Assembly (NCBI GenBank): GCA_030603885.1
Contig: JAUVWW010000005.1
Location: forward strand, 1 to 62,435
DNA length: 62,435 nt
Reading direction: 5' to 3'
From: a bacterium
Lineage (GTDB): Bacteria > Patescibacteriota > JABMPQ01 > JAUVWW01
Made by a program: the position numbers and the translations under genes. Of this stretch, positions 27,106 to 36,001 are shown in pieces (within the stretch, counting starts at the first letter, position 1; each line of letters begins with the position of its first letter). The notes under the pieces are model-generated. The model saw nothing but the letters and a program-made list of their open reading frames with translations, had not been told where the DNA came from and searched no databases.

Positions 27106-27537
27106 ATGCCCATTCCTTATTTCATTATCATTCCTATTATCTGTGGACTGGTAGCTCAACTTTTAAAGTTGGTTTTTAAACCTCGTAAGTTGTACCTGGA
27201 AACTCTAATCAGCTATGGAGGCATGCCCTCTTCTCATGCTGCTCTCCTGACTTCCTTATGTACGGTTATAGCCTTAAGACAGGGAATAAACTCTGTAGCT
27301 TTTGCCATCGCCTGTGTTATCACCATTATTTTGCTCAGAGATGCCTTTGGTCTTAGAATATATCTAGGGAAACATGGAAGAACTCTTAACAAACTAATAG
27401 CTAGATTATCTAAAGAGGAAAGAAGAAAACTGCCAGGACATCTTGAAGACCAAATAGGACACAGAATCTCGGAAATTTTAGCGGGAACTCTAATAGGTGT
27501 TGGACTTTCTTTAATTTTATATTATCTCTTTCTTTAG
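27106..27537 (+). CDS. Divergent PAP2 family membrane protein (DUF212/YuiD-like)
   Basis: GGMPSSHAALLTSL, LRDAFGLR, GHRISEILAGTLIGV. Confidence 0.8.
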   Translation: MPIPYFIIIPIICGLVAQLLKLVFKPRKLYLETLISYGGMPSSHAALLTSLCTVIALRQGINSVAFAIACVITIILLRDAFGLRIYLGKHGRTLNKLIARLSKEERRKLPGHLEDQIGHRISEILAGTLIGVGLSLILYYLFL

Positions 27538-28868
27538 TCTATACTTAAAGATCTAAGTATTTGGCGTACTGCCTCCCTATCATCATGAGGGATTTTTTTA
27601 TTATCTTTGGAGACAATATGTTTTTCAGAACCCTTGCCTGTAATAGCCAGGATATCACCTTCTTTAGCCAATGTAAGGGCTTTCTTAATTGCTTTCTTTC
27701 TATCTAAGATTTTCCAAAGGTTTTGGTCTAAAACTTTTCCTTTTTCTAAAGCGCCGGCTGCTACTTGGTCAATAATAACTCGTGGATCCTCGTCATAGGG
27801 ATCTTCATTAGTAACAATGACATCGTCTGTATATTGAGCAGCCAGCTTTCCTAGAATTGGCCTTTTTCTTACATCTCGACCTCCGCCTTGTGAACCAAGA
27901 AGACTGATGATTCTTCTTGGAGCCATTGATTGAATGGTTTGATATACATTTTCTAGCCCAACTGGTTCATGAGCATAGTCAACAATAATTGTAAAATCTT
28001 GTCCTTCATCAATAATTTCCATTCTCCCGGGCATATTACGCACTTTCCCTAGGGCTTTTTTTATTATATTAAGATCTATATTCTGCGATAGTCCTACACA
28101 AATAGCCGCCAGAGCATTATAGACATTAAATTTACCCAGGAGTTTAAGACTAATGGAGATGCCTTGAACATTAAAATTCACTCCTCCAGAAGAAAGACCA
28201 ACATTTTCTGCCTTAATCTTTTTAATTTTTGATTTGTATTTTTGATTTTTGATCGAGTATCCAATCTTTCCATCTGCCCCAAAACCCAAAAAGTAACCAG
28301 CATGTTCATCATCTAGATTGACTATACTTACTTTGTTTATTGTTAATTGCTGGTTGCTAATTAATAATTGCTTCTTACTTTTACTTAAACTAGCAAATAG
28401 TTTTCCCTTGGCTTTTTTATAATTCTCAAAAGAACCATGTCTCTCAATATGCTCAGGGGTCAAATTACAAAATACAGCTAGATCATAATCAATACCTAGA
28501 TGTCTATACTGAGCAATCCCTTCTGAGGTAGTTTCAATAACAGCGTATTGGCATCCTGCTTGGATCATCCGATGTAATAATTTCTGTAGGGCAAAACGCC
28601 CCAGCATGGTCTGCTTTAAATCATTTACCCATTCTCTGTCTGCTATTTTAAAATTAGCTGTGGTGGTTAGTCCTACTTTAAAACCTGCTTCCTCTAAAAT
28701 TTTGGCTATCAGATTGCAAACCGTAGTCTTGCCCGTGGTACCGGTCACTCCAATGATGATCATTTTTCGAGAAGGATGACCATAAAAAATAGCTGCTGCT
28801 TGAGCTAGCAGTTTGTGATAAAGAAGAAGTATTGATCTAGGAATAAATTTTTTGATTAGTTCTTTCAT
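27534..28868 (-). CDS. murE: Mur ligase, probably UDP-MurNAc-L-Ala-D-Glu:2,6-diaminopimelate (or L-Lys) ligase
   Basis: IIIGVTGTTGKTTV, DYAHEP, and a MurE-like C-terminus. Start set to ATG 28868; the ORF-track start is a GTG at 28901. Confidence 0.7.
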   Translation of the reverse strand: MKELIKKFIPRSILLLYHKLLAQAAAIFYGHPSRKMIIIGVTGTTGKTTVCNLIAKILEEAGFKVGLTTTANFKIADREWVNDLKQTMLGRFALQKLLHRMIQAGCQYAVIETTSEGIAQYRHLGIDYDLAVFCNLTPEHIERHGSFENYKKAKGKLFASLSKSKKQLLISNQQLTINKVSIVNLDDEHAGYFLGFGADGKIGYSIKNQKYKSKIKKIKAENVGLSSGGVNFNVQGISISLKLLGKFNVYNALAAICVGLSQNIDLNIIKKALGKVRNMPGRMEIIDEGQDFTIIVDYAHEPVGLENVYQTIQSMAPRRIISLLGSQGGGRDVRKRPILGKLAAQYTDDVIVTNEDPYDEDPRVIIDQVAAGALEKGKVLDQNLWKILDRKKAIKKALTLAKEGDILAITGKGSEKHIVSKDNKKIPHDDREAVRQILRSLSID

Positions 28869-28935
28869 AGAATCTCTAGAATGATAACAAAAAAATACCA
28901 CTCAAGCAAGGTATTTAAATCCTACTTTTTATCTC

Positions 28936-29628
28936 TTACTTTATTCTATAGATGGTATCCTTTTTCTCCACCACAATCTTCCATTTCTTTCTTCTAGCTA
29001 CTTTATATAAATCAAGGTCAGGGTTAAAAACTATGGGATGCTCCACCATTTCCAAAAATCCAATATCTACATGGGAATCTCCTATCCCCCAAGATCCCTC
29101 GAGAGACAAATTATTTTGCTCAATAAAATCTTTTAATATTTTGTCCTTTTTCTTTGCCGCATCCAAAATGATTTTACCTGTATATTTTCCTTTGCTTGTT
29201 ACCTCAAATACAGTTCCAAAAGCAGCATCAAATTTCAGGTATCTATTATACTCTGTGACAGCTTCTTGGGGAGAGCCAGAAATAGAAACTAGGATATGAG
29301 TCTTTCTTAGCTTTTTAACTAAATTCGTAGTATAAACATAAATCCTATCTTTAAAATAAGGTATGACATCTTTTCTTAAGACTCGGATTACGTCCTTATT
29401 CTTACATCCTTTTATATATTTATTGTAAACTCTTAAAACTTCATCTATATAAGCTTGATAGGTTCCTTTTTGATTTACCCAGGCAAAATACTCACCCTCA
29501 ATTTCTTTCTTAGCTTTTCTAGGAAAAACTTTATGATAAATCAAAGATTTCATCAGCTCAATAATCAAAGTTTCTCTAAAGATAGTGCCATCGATGTCAA
29601 AGACGGCTATTTTATTTTTTCTCTTCAT
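28936..29628 (-). CDS. HAD-IB family hydrolase
   Basis: Motif I FDIDGTIF and motif IV GIGDSHVDIGFL. Confidence 0.75.
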   Translation of the reverse strand: MKRKNKIAVFDIDGTIFRETLIIELMKSLIYHKVFPRKAKKEIEGEYFAWVNQKGTYQAYIDEVLRVYNKYIKGCKNKDVIRVLRKDVIPYFKDRIYVYTTNLVKKLRKTHILVSISGSPQEAVTEYNRYLKFDAAFGTVFEVTSKGKYTGKIILDAAKKKDKILKDFIEQNNLSLEGSWGIGDSHVDIGFLEMVEHPIVFNPDLDLYKVARRKKWKIVVEKKDTIYRIK

Positions 29629-30697
29629 GTTTAGAAAATTTATTATTTTTATTGCCTACTCTCCATATTATCCAATAAAGCTTTCCTAACTTCATCAGAC
29701 CAAAATATGATAAAAACACCAGTCCTAATCCCACCAAGATCAAATCCATAATTCTCATAATAAAAATACAAGTTATCCCTGTCTGAGCTCCAAGGCCCAA
29801 TAAAGCAAAAGAAAAAGCCTGAACAGATTCATAAGTACCAAAGGCACCCGGAATAAAAGGAATCACTACCACTAGTACAGTCAAAGCATAAATAATAACA
29901 ATTTGATATAGACTTATATCCAAACCTAAAAAATAAACAATTATCTTATAACGCAATAAAGCTAGGGCGCAACTGATACAAGATAAGGCTATGCCTAAAA
30001 AGAATACTCTCTTATGGTCCTTAAAGAGAACAGAAAGGTTTTGATCAAAATTAGCTATACTTTTCTGCCAAGTTTTAAACATCCTCAATCTATCAAGATG
30101 AAGAATATGTAACACCGAAGTAACAAATCCTCGGCTTTTTCCCTTTATAAAAAGATGAAGTAGGAGATAGAGAAAAAATACTACCAAAACCAAAAGAAAA
30201 ATCTTAATTCCGCTAGATAAAAGTCTCCCAAAAAAAAGAAGAACAACTCCTAAAAGGACAACAAAACTTCCTGTCGCGCCTTCCAAAGCCTTATCCACCA
30301 CTATGGATGATAGAGCTTTAGACCAAGGAACTTTCTCTTCTTTCTTTATCATATAAGCTCGAACTGGTTCTCCTCCAACAAATAAAGATGGGGTCAGATA
30401 ACTTACTGTCCAGCCAGCTAGCTTAAAAAATAAAAGTCTAGAAAATCTTATATTGTGTCCATAGGCACGAAGAATCAATCTCCACTTTTCACAAGTAACT
30501 ATCACACTTAAAGCTGTAATAACGAAGACTAAAACAAAACCGATCAAGGGGAAAATTTCAAAATTATGAATGACTTCGTCTATCCCTATTCTTCGAAGCA
30601 AAAGATACAAAATCCCTAAACCTAAACCTATAGCAGCCACTAGGGCTATCTTTTCAGACAAAAATATCTTATTAGACTTCTTAGGATTCTCTTCCAT
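29612..30697 (-). CDS. Flippase-like / LPG-synthase-TM (UPF0104) family membrane protein
   Basis: Polytopic membrane protein with a GGEPVRAYM motif. Confidence 0.65.
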   Translation of the reverse strand: MEENPKKSNKIFLSEKIALVAAIGLGLGILYLLLRRIGIDEVIHNFEIFPLIGFVLVFVITALSVIVTCEKWRLILRAYGHNIRFSRLLFFKLAGWTVSYLTPSLFVGGEPVRAYMIKKEEKVPWSKALSSIVVDKALEGATGSFVVLLGVVLLFFGRLLSSGIKIFLLVLVVFFLYLLLHLFIKGKSRGFVTSVLHILHLDRLRMFKTWQKSIANFDQNLSVLFKDHKRVFFLGIALSCISCALALLRYKIIVYFLGLDISLYQIVIIYALTVLVVVIPFIPGAFGTYESVQAFSFALLGLGAQTGITCIFIMRIMDLILVGLGLVFLSYFGLMKLGKLYWIIWRVGNKNNKFSKHEEKK

Positions 30698-31062
30698 TAT
30701 ATCCTATATTCTTCAAATTCCACTCTTTTTTTATCTATTAAACCTTTAATCTTGTCTTGTTTCTCTGTCAGGTGTGAGTCAGCTGCCTTGAACTCAATTA
30801 ATACTATTTTATCATTCTCAAACTGAATTCCGTCAATGGGCGATCCAATAAATCTAAAATGCTGAGGATCATAAGGATAGTCTTCTAAAAAAGGTAAAAA
30901 CTGCTCAGTCATCTTCCCGTACTTTAAAGATTGGCTCTGTTTTTTGAAGGCTAGATCTTCCAGTTTTTCTTGTAAAGCCCGGTTCTTTTTCCTTTGCCAA
31001 AGCACTAATAGGATTAGGATAAAAGTTAGGGCTAGAAGAAATAGTATAATTTTCCATTCCAT
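30697..31062 (-). CDS. Endonuclease related to the archaeal Holliday junction resolvase (Endonuc_Holl-like), TM-anchored
   Basis: FRFIGSPIDGIQFENDKIVLIEFKAADSHLTEKQDKIKGLI. Confidence 0.55.
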   Translation of the reverse strand: MEWKIILFLLALTFILILLVLWQRKKNRALQEKLEDLAFKKQSQSLKYGKMTEQFLPFLEDYPYDPQHFRFIGSPIDGIQFENDKIVLIEFKAADSHLTEKQDKIKGLIDKKRVEFEEYRI

Positions 31063-31271
31063 AATAGTCTTTTCAAAAAATACTTATCTATTATTATATC
31101 ATCTTATATAAAAAATGATAGTATTTAACTATCAAAAACAAAAAGTATATAAATAGCCTCATAAAATACCTCAAACTTCTTCATATTTTGAGGCCTTTCA
31201 CTTCGTTCAAGGCGAAACTGTCTAATTCAACAGTCTCGATTTATGAATTTTTTTATTTTCTTCCAAAGTTT

Positions 31272-31820
31272 CTAATACTCAGGCCAGTATTTTATGGAAT
31301 AGTCAGTCAAGCCATCTGAATCATAGAGAACAATCGAACAACGAGCAGGCTCTTTCTCAAAAACAAGATCCATCTCTGTACTGCTTGTAAGGGTCCAGCC
31401 TTTTTCTGCAAGAAGTTTCGTATAATAATCCCCAACCTCAGCCGCAGTAGCTTTTGCTTGATAACTTACTTTCTCTGACTCTTCATATTTATTCCAGGCT
31501 GTCCTTACTGAACCAGGATAACGAGGAACTTCAGTAATATCATTTCCAGTAACATCGGCTGAAGGTAAAGTAACTTCTTCTTCCTCTATTACTCCCTCAG
31601 GAATAGTTATTTTAGGAATCTGCTCTTCTAACTTTACTGCCTCTTCTTCAATTGTCTTTAATGCTTTCCTTGCTACAAACCAGCATCCTACTCCAGCTAT
31701 AAGACCTAAAACAATAATAATAGCTAAGATAATTAGTACCCATTTTAAAGCACTGCTCTTTTTGGGTGGCTGCGGGGTAGGGGTTGGAGCTGTTGGAGGA
31801 GCTTGAGTTGGCTGTTGCAT
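31272..31820 (-). CDS. Membrane-anchored hypothetical protein with a Pro-rich N-terminus
   Basis: RBS AAAGGAGGTG upstream of the ATG. TM segment WVLIILAIIIVLGLIAGVGCWF. Confidence 0.6.
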   Translation of the reverse strand: MQQPTQAPPTAPTPTPQPPKKSSALKWVLIILAIIIVLGLIAGVGCWFVARKALKTIEEEAVKLEEQIPKITIPEGVIEEEEVTLPSADVTGNDITEVPRYPGSVRTAWNKYEESEKVSYQAKATAAEVGDYYTKLLAEKGWTLTSSTEMDLVFEKEPARCSIVLYDSDGLTDYSIKYWPEY

Positions 31821-31933
31821 TTTTAATCACCTCCTTTCTTGTGTGATAAAAACATAGAAAACTAAAAATATAAAATTTGGAAATATTATTTATGAGATCC
31901 TTCACGGAGCTTGCTCTGAGCTCATCGAAGGAT

Positions 31934-32059
31934 TCAGGATACTCTATAAACCACATCATTCTCTCTCACGTGCTCTTTTACCTTGAGACTAATGGATTGT
32001 CCCGCTTCAGCTTTTTCTACATTTTCACGTTCTATTTGCTTAGCCTGTTTAATCATCAT
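31934..32059 (-). pseudogene. 41-codon truncated paralog (C-terminal half only) of the EF-Tu-domain-2-like small protein; possibly still translated
   Basis: Hand translation MMIKQAKQIERENVEKAEAGQSISLKVKEHVRENDVVYRVS*. It is 23/33 identical to the C-terminus of the 42561-42833 product. The ATG lies 1 nt after the stop of the upstream gene. Confidence 0.55.
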
Positions 32060-32060
32060 G

Positions 32061-33401
32061 CTAATTTTCAATCTTTTCCTTCTTTTCCCATTTTAGACTA
32101 TCATCCCTAACCCTCACATTAAACTTCAATAAATCCATCACATCTTGTTTCCACTGCCGGGGCGAAGAATGAATTATTCTGCCAATAAAAAGGCTTCTCA
32201 AGGTTTGAAGGGCCGGTATCTTTTGTATAGCAAATTTATATTTTGCATACCTTGGCTTTTCTAATTCTTCATTTGGTAAATAGATCGGTTCTCTTCTAAA
32301 GTTTATAGCCAGCATACAGCGATTTATTTGATTGATAAAATCATCCACTTCTCTGTCCAGATCTTCTATATTCTTAAAATTTGGATGATCTTTCCTGCTT
32401 ACTATTCTGAAAAAGTAAGTCGCTTTTCCTCCCCCTTCGGTTGATGTTGCCTCCATTGCTACCACATTCCCTGGCTTTTTTGGATCTGTACTATAAATTG
32501 GAATTAAAAACCAGATATATTCTCCTGTTAAATCCCCTAGCAGTCCCCGCTTTAAACCGATAGACATCTTTTCTTTCTGGGCTAGAGATTTTAAAAAATC
32601 GTATTCTTCCTTTACCCCAGCAACTTCTAACTTTTTTTCCAATTCCACCCACAGTTCAGGAGAAATTGATTCTATATCGCTTCTTCTGGCAGCTTTGCCT
32701 TCTTTCATAAATCGGGCTGCTCTCCTTATAATAGATGGATTCGCCTTAGGCAGTAATTCCTTAAGCGACGATTGGACTTTCAAAGAAAGTTCATTGATTA
32801 TTTCAGAAAGTGTCCTTTTAAAAGGATCAAATTGTGCTCCCATTTTGGAAAAGATAATTTTTTCTCCAAATTCTGTAGTAATAATAAGGGTATAATTTTC
32901 CTCATGAATTTCTAAAAGATCACTGTAAGGGATCCTCGTAAACTCTCCTTTTTCTGGTATTATAACAATGGCTGTTTCGTACAAGCGCGATTCACATTTC
33001 CCTCTTTGCTTTTCTTTTCCCTTTTCATCAATATAGACAAATTCTGCTTTCAGGCCTGATTTTCTAATCGTCTCGTGCATTAGCATATCTTTCAAAAGTA
33101 TTTCATTTCGTAGTTTAGAAAGAATCCTTAAGAAGTCTTCGTAGCGGTATCCAAGATTAAAAAGGATAAGTTTTTCTTTTGAGGTCAAAGTGAGATAAAC
33201 TTTATAGTTGCTTTCAGAAATTTCAAGAATATCCCTAAAGGGAAAAAATAATGCCTGGCCAAACTTTGGTAGAATGGAGAGATTCTTTTCATCGAGTCTA
33301 GCCTGGGCTTCTCCTTTTCCAATCCCTTTCCCATCTTTGTCATTCAAAGAATAACTCAAAGAACATTCCATGATGGTTGTTTGTTTGTCTTCTTCTTCCA
33401 T
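32061..33401 (-). CDS. Hypothetical 446-aa protein with an internally duplicated roughly 57-aa domain
   Basis: Repeat 1: LSILPKFGQALFFPFRDILEISESNYKVYLTLTSKEKLILFNLGYRYEDFLRILSKL. Repeat 2: AIVIIPEKGEFTRIPYSDLLEIHEENYTLIITTEFGEKIIFSKMGAQFDPFKRTLSEI. No family recognised. Confidence 0.6.
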   Translation of the reverse strand: MEEEDKQTTIMECSLSYSLNDKDGKGIGKGEAQARLDEKNLSILPKFGQALFFPFRDILEISESNYKVYLTLTSKEKLILFNLGYRYEDFLRILSKLRNEILLKDMLMHETIRKSGLKAEFVYIDEKGKEKQRGKCESRLYETAIVIIPEKGEFTRIPYSDLLEIHEENYTLIITTEFGEKIIFSKMGAQFDPFKRTLSEIINELSLKVQSSLKELLPKANPSIIRRAARFMKEGKAARRSDIESISPELWVELEKKLEVAGVKEEYDFLKSLAQKEKMSIGLKRGLLGDLTGEYIWFLIPIYSTDPKKPGNVVAMEATSTEGGGKATYFFRIVSRKDHPNFKNIEDLDREVDDFINQINRCMLAINFRREPIYLPNEELEKPRYAKYKFAIQKIPALQTLRSLFIGRIIHSSPRQWKQDVMDLLKFNVRVRDDSLKWEKKEKIEN

Positions 33402-33403
33402 AT

Positions 33404-34069
33404 TTATCCAAGTTTATCTCCGCACTCACCGCAGAATCGGATACCAGTAGGATTTTTTGCCCCACATTTTGGACAGATAACAAATTCAAGTTTTGCTCCA
33501 CAATTTACGCAGAATTTTCCAGTCCCAGCTGGTTTTCCACAAGCAGGACAAATAGTCACTTTCTTTTCTATTTTTCCAGTAAAGACCTGCGTCCCTGCTG
33601 CCTTTGCTTTTATATCCTGAGCCATTTTTTCTGCTCTCGCTGCGGCTACCTCTACTGCTTCTCTTGGAGCACAAGTTACACAAAGATTGGCTTGCTCATT
33701 CCAACAATTCTCACAGACCCATTTTGTACATTTCGGACAGCGGGAGAAATGGGCCTTGGCTTCGTTCTGGGCTAATCCAAAAGCAGCTTCATGCTCTTTA
33801 TGCCAGGCCGGGGTCATCCCTTGAAATCTCTCACTAATAACATCGGTTGCTCTCTCAGCTCCATAACCAATACTATATTTTCCCGCTATCTGGGCCGCTG
33901 CGCCAAATAGTCTCCCTGCTCCTCTCAAAAGACGTCCTCTCCTATAGGTCTTCGAGGCTACGAACTTAGTTTTGTAACCATCTCGGCAGTTGTCGCAGTA
34001 AAAAGTAAATTGGAATCCTGCCTCAGTCGAATTGTCAGCGAAGTTTTTTGTAAATGGTTGTAATGGCAT
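33404..34069 (-). CDS. Multi-zinc-ribbon protein (8 CxxC pairs)
   Basis: CxxC pairs CDNC, CPKC, CENC, CVTC, CPAC, CVNC, CPKC, CGEC. The stop is 2 nt from the start of the downstream gene. Confidence 0.7.
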   Translation of the reverse strand: MPLQPFTKNFADNSTEAGFQFTFYCDNCRDGYKTKFVASKTYRRGRLLRGAGRLFGAAAQIAGKYSIGYGAERATDVISERFQGMTPAWHKEHEAAFGLAQNEAKAHFSRCPKCTKWVCENCWNEQANLCVTCAPREAVEVAAARAEKMAQDIKAKAAGTQVFTGKIEKKVTICPACGKPAGTGKFCVNCGAKLEFVICPKCGAKNPTGIRFCGECGDKLG

Positions 34070-34084
34070 AAGCCTAATTATTAA

Positions 34085-34423
34085 TTATTTTAGCAATTTA
34101 CCACACTTTATACATTTGTCACTACCAAGGGGTTGTTCTGTTTTACAATGAGGACAAATGACTACCAAACAAGCGCCACAATGATCACAATAATTCCCAA
34201 AGAAAGTCACCTTGCCACATTTCGGACAAGTAATTTCTAAGGACAGACCACAATTGGAACACTTCTTCCAATCCCTCTGGATCGGATTTTTACATTTTGG
34301 ACATCTTAGCGGTCCTAAAGGATTTACCTTTCCGCAGAAAGGACAAACATTAGAATTTGGCGGGACGAGTTTTTCGCAGTAGCGACAAGGATGTTTATAT
34401 CCTAAAGCACTTTGGGTTGCCAT
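34085..34423 (-). CDS. Quadruple zinc-ribbon protein (8 CxxC pairs in 112 aa)
   Basis: CxxC pairs CRYC, CPFC, CPKC, CSNC, CPKC, CDHC, CPHC, CIKC. Confidence 0.7.
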   Translation of the reverse strand: MATQSALGYKHPCRYCEKLVPPNSNVCPFCGKVNPLGPLRCPKCKNPIQRDWKKCSNCGLSLEITCPKCGKVTFFGNYCDHCGACLVVICPHCKTEQPLGSDKCIKCGKLLK

Positions 34424-34509
34424 AATATTCCTTACTTTTTAATACTAACACTAGGGCTCAAAGTCAAAGTTTTGAGAAGGGTTACTTGAAAATTTTATTA
34501 TATGTTTTA

Positions 34510-35883
34510 TTAAGATTTTTCTGAACCTTTTCTTCTCTTTGCTAATCCTCCTATAACTATAATCAATCCCAAGATTACCAGGCCTAAGACTATCCAAATG
34601 ATAGTGGTAGTAGAAATCTTTAAACCTTCTTTTACCTCTTCTCCTCTTGAGATAGCTTCTTGAGATTTAGAGATATAATCTTGAGCTTCTATGAGTTGAG
34701 GATAAAGCCTTAAAGCTTTCTCAAACTCTTCTATAGCTGGAGTGTAGTGCTTCTTCCAATAGAGATCTAAGGCTTTTTTCCAATGTTCATCTGTCAGTCC
34801 TTGTTTGTTTTCTACATTTTTTTCTTTTAGAAATTCTGAAGCTATACTGGAAGGTCTAAGATAGGAAAAGCCTATTTTCTGTTCTCCCTGTTCTGTAGCT
34901 ACTAAAGAAGCAATACCAATTACTTCTCCTTTCTCATTAAATGCTGGTCCTCCACTGTTTCCATAGGTTAAAGCAGCATCAGTCTGCAAAACTTCAGAAC
35001 CATCAGTCAAAGTCTTTTTGGCACTAATAATCCCCGAGGTCACTGTTGGCTCTAAATGACTTTCTTTGCTTAAGAACTCCTGGAAAGTAGCTACTCCTGG
35101 ATAGCCAATAACAGTGGCTTTATCCCCAACCTGAACCTGACTTGAATCTCCTAATTTAACTGTAGGAAGATTTTCACCAGAAACTTTCAAAATAGCAATG
35201 TCTTTGCCAATCACCTCTCCTTCTTTTGAGAAACCTTCAAAATCTACTACCTTTACATCAGCTTTCATCCCCTGTTCTATAGGTATCTTCTTTCCTGAAA
35301 GAAAGGCTCCTTGTTGAATATAAACTTTCCTTTCTATATTATCTAATTTGATTTCTCCCATTTTATAGCCTTTGAAAAATTCTAAAACCATAGCTTCTCG
35401 AGAACCAAATTCTTTTATCACCTCAGGCATCATTAGATTCATCTCTTCCTCGGTAGGATCTCGACCAGCCATACTCCTAAATACAAACCTGGTTAGATCT
35501 TCCATAATAGTATCTGCAGCTGAAGATAGAGCGCTCCAAGCAAGCAAATCATCAGGCATATGGACTACATGACCATTAGTTAGAATGTAGCCATCGGGAG
35601 AGATAATAAATCCTGAACCACAGCCACCAGTTTTTGCTTCGTAAGTCCTTCCAGCCAGTTCAGGAACGCCAGCTGCTTGAGCTCCAGCAGTCTGAATAAT
35701 AATAGACATAGAATAGTAGGTGCTAATAAAAACCACCCCAGGCTTATTTAAAATCATGTTCTTCTGAGCAGCTTCAGGTTCTTGGGCAAAAGAGTGCATT
35801 GGCAATACAAGCATTACCGATAAAGCTAGAATTAAAGACAATGACCAGATCCTTTTCCCTCCTATTTTTTTCTTGGTTTGCAT
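34510..35883 (-). CDS. Secreted trypsin-like (S1C/HtrA-type) serine protease lacking PDZ, with a helical repeat region and a C-terminal TM anchor
   Basis: Signal peptide. Triad contexts LTNGHVV, KDIAILKV and GNSGGPAF. C-terminal TM segment IIWIVLGLVILGLIIVIGGL. RBS GAGGAG. Confidence 0.85.
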   Translation of the reverse strand: MQTKKKIGGKRIWSLSLILALSVMLVLPMHSFAQEPEAAQKNMILNKPGVVFISTYYSMSIIIQTAGAQAAGVPELAGRTYEAKTGGCGSGFIISPDGYILTNGHVVHMPDDLLAWSALSSAADTIMEDLTRFVFRSMAGRDPTEEEMNLMMPEVIKEFGSREAMVLEFFKGYKMGEIKLDNIERKVYIQQGAFLSGKKIPIEQGMKADVKVVDFEGFSKEGEVIGKDIAILKVSGENLPTVKLGDSSQVQVGDKATVIGYPGVATFQEFLSKESHLEPTVTSGIISAKKTLTDGSEVLQTDAALTYGNSGGPAFNEKGEVIGIASLVATEQGEQKIGFSYLRPSSIASEFLKEKNVENKQGLTDEHWKKALDLYWKKHYTPAIEEFEKALRLYPQLIEAQDYISKSQEAISRGEEVKEGLKISTTTIIWIVLGLVILGLIIVIGGLAKRRKGSEKS

Positions 35884-35969
35884 AGATTTCTCCTCTCTAA
35901 GTTAAATTATTAATCTATTTTTATTTTAGATATTTATTTTGGCTAATTTGAGCTTTATTCTATATATTT

Positions 35970-35998
35970 ATTATAGCAAATAAAAAATGGTTTGTCTA
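35970..35998 (-). promoter_or_regulatory. Promoter of the protease/zinc-ribbon operon
   Basis: Minus strand: TAGACA (35993-35998), 17 nt, TATAAT (35970-35975). Confidence 0.5.
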
Positions 35999-36001
35999 TG
36001 G

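Noticed and set aside
28952-29299. 115-aa plus-strand ORF
   Set aside because: It is antisense to the HAD hydrolase gene and has no motifs.
31648-31959. 103-aa minus-strand ORF spanning the 31820 start region
   Set aside because: It is out of frame with the RBS-supported gene at 31272-31820 and overlaps both that gene and the relic hairpin. No motif support.
33377-33837. Four overlapping ORFs (33377-33775 +, 33381-33620 +, 33486-33683 -, 33604-33837 +)
   Set aside because: They are shadow ORFs within or antisense to the zinc-ribbon gene. The zinc-ribbon frame has a regular CxxC pattern and is translationally coupled to its neighbours.
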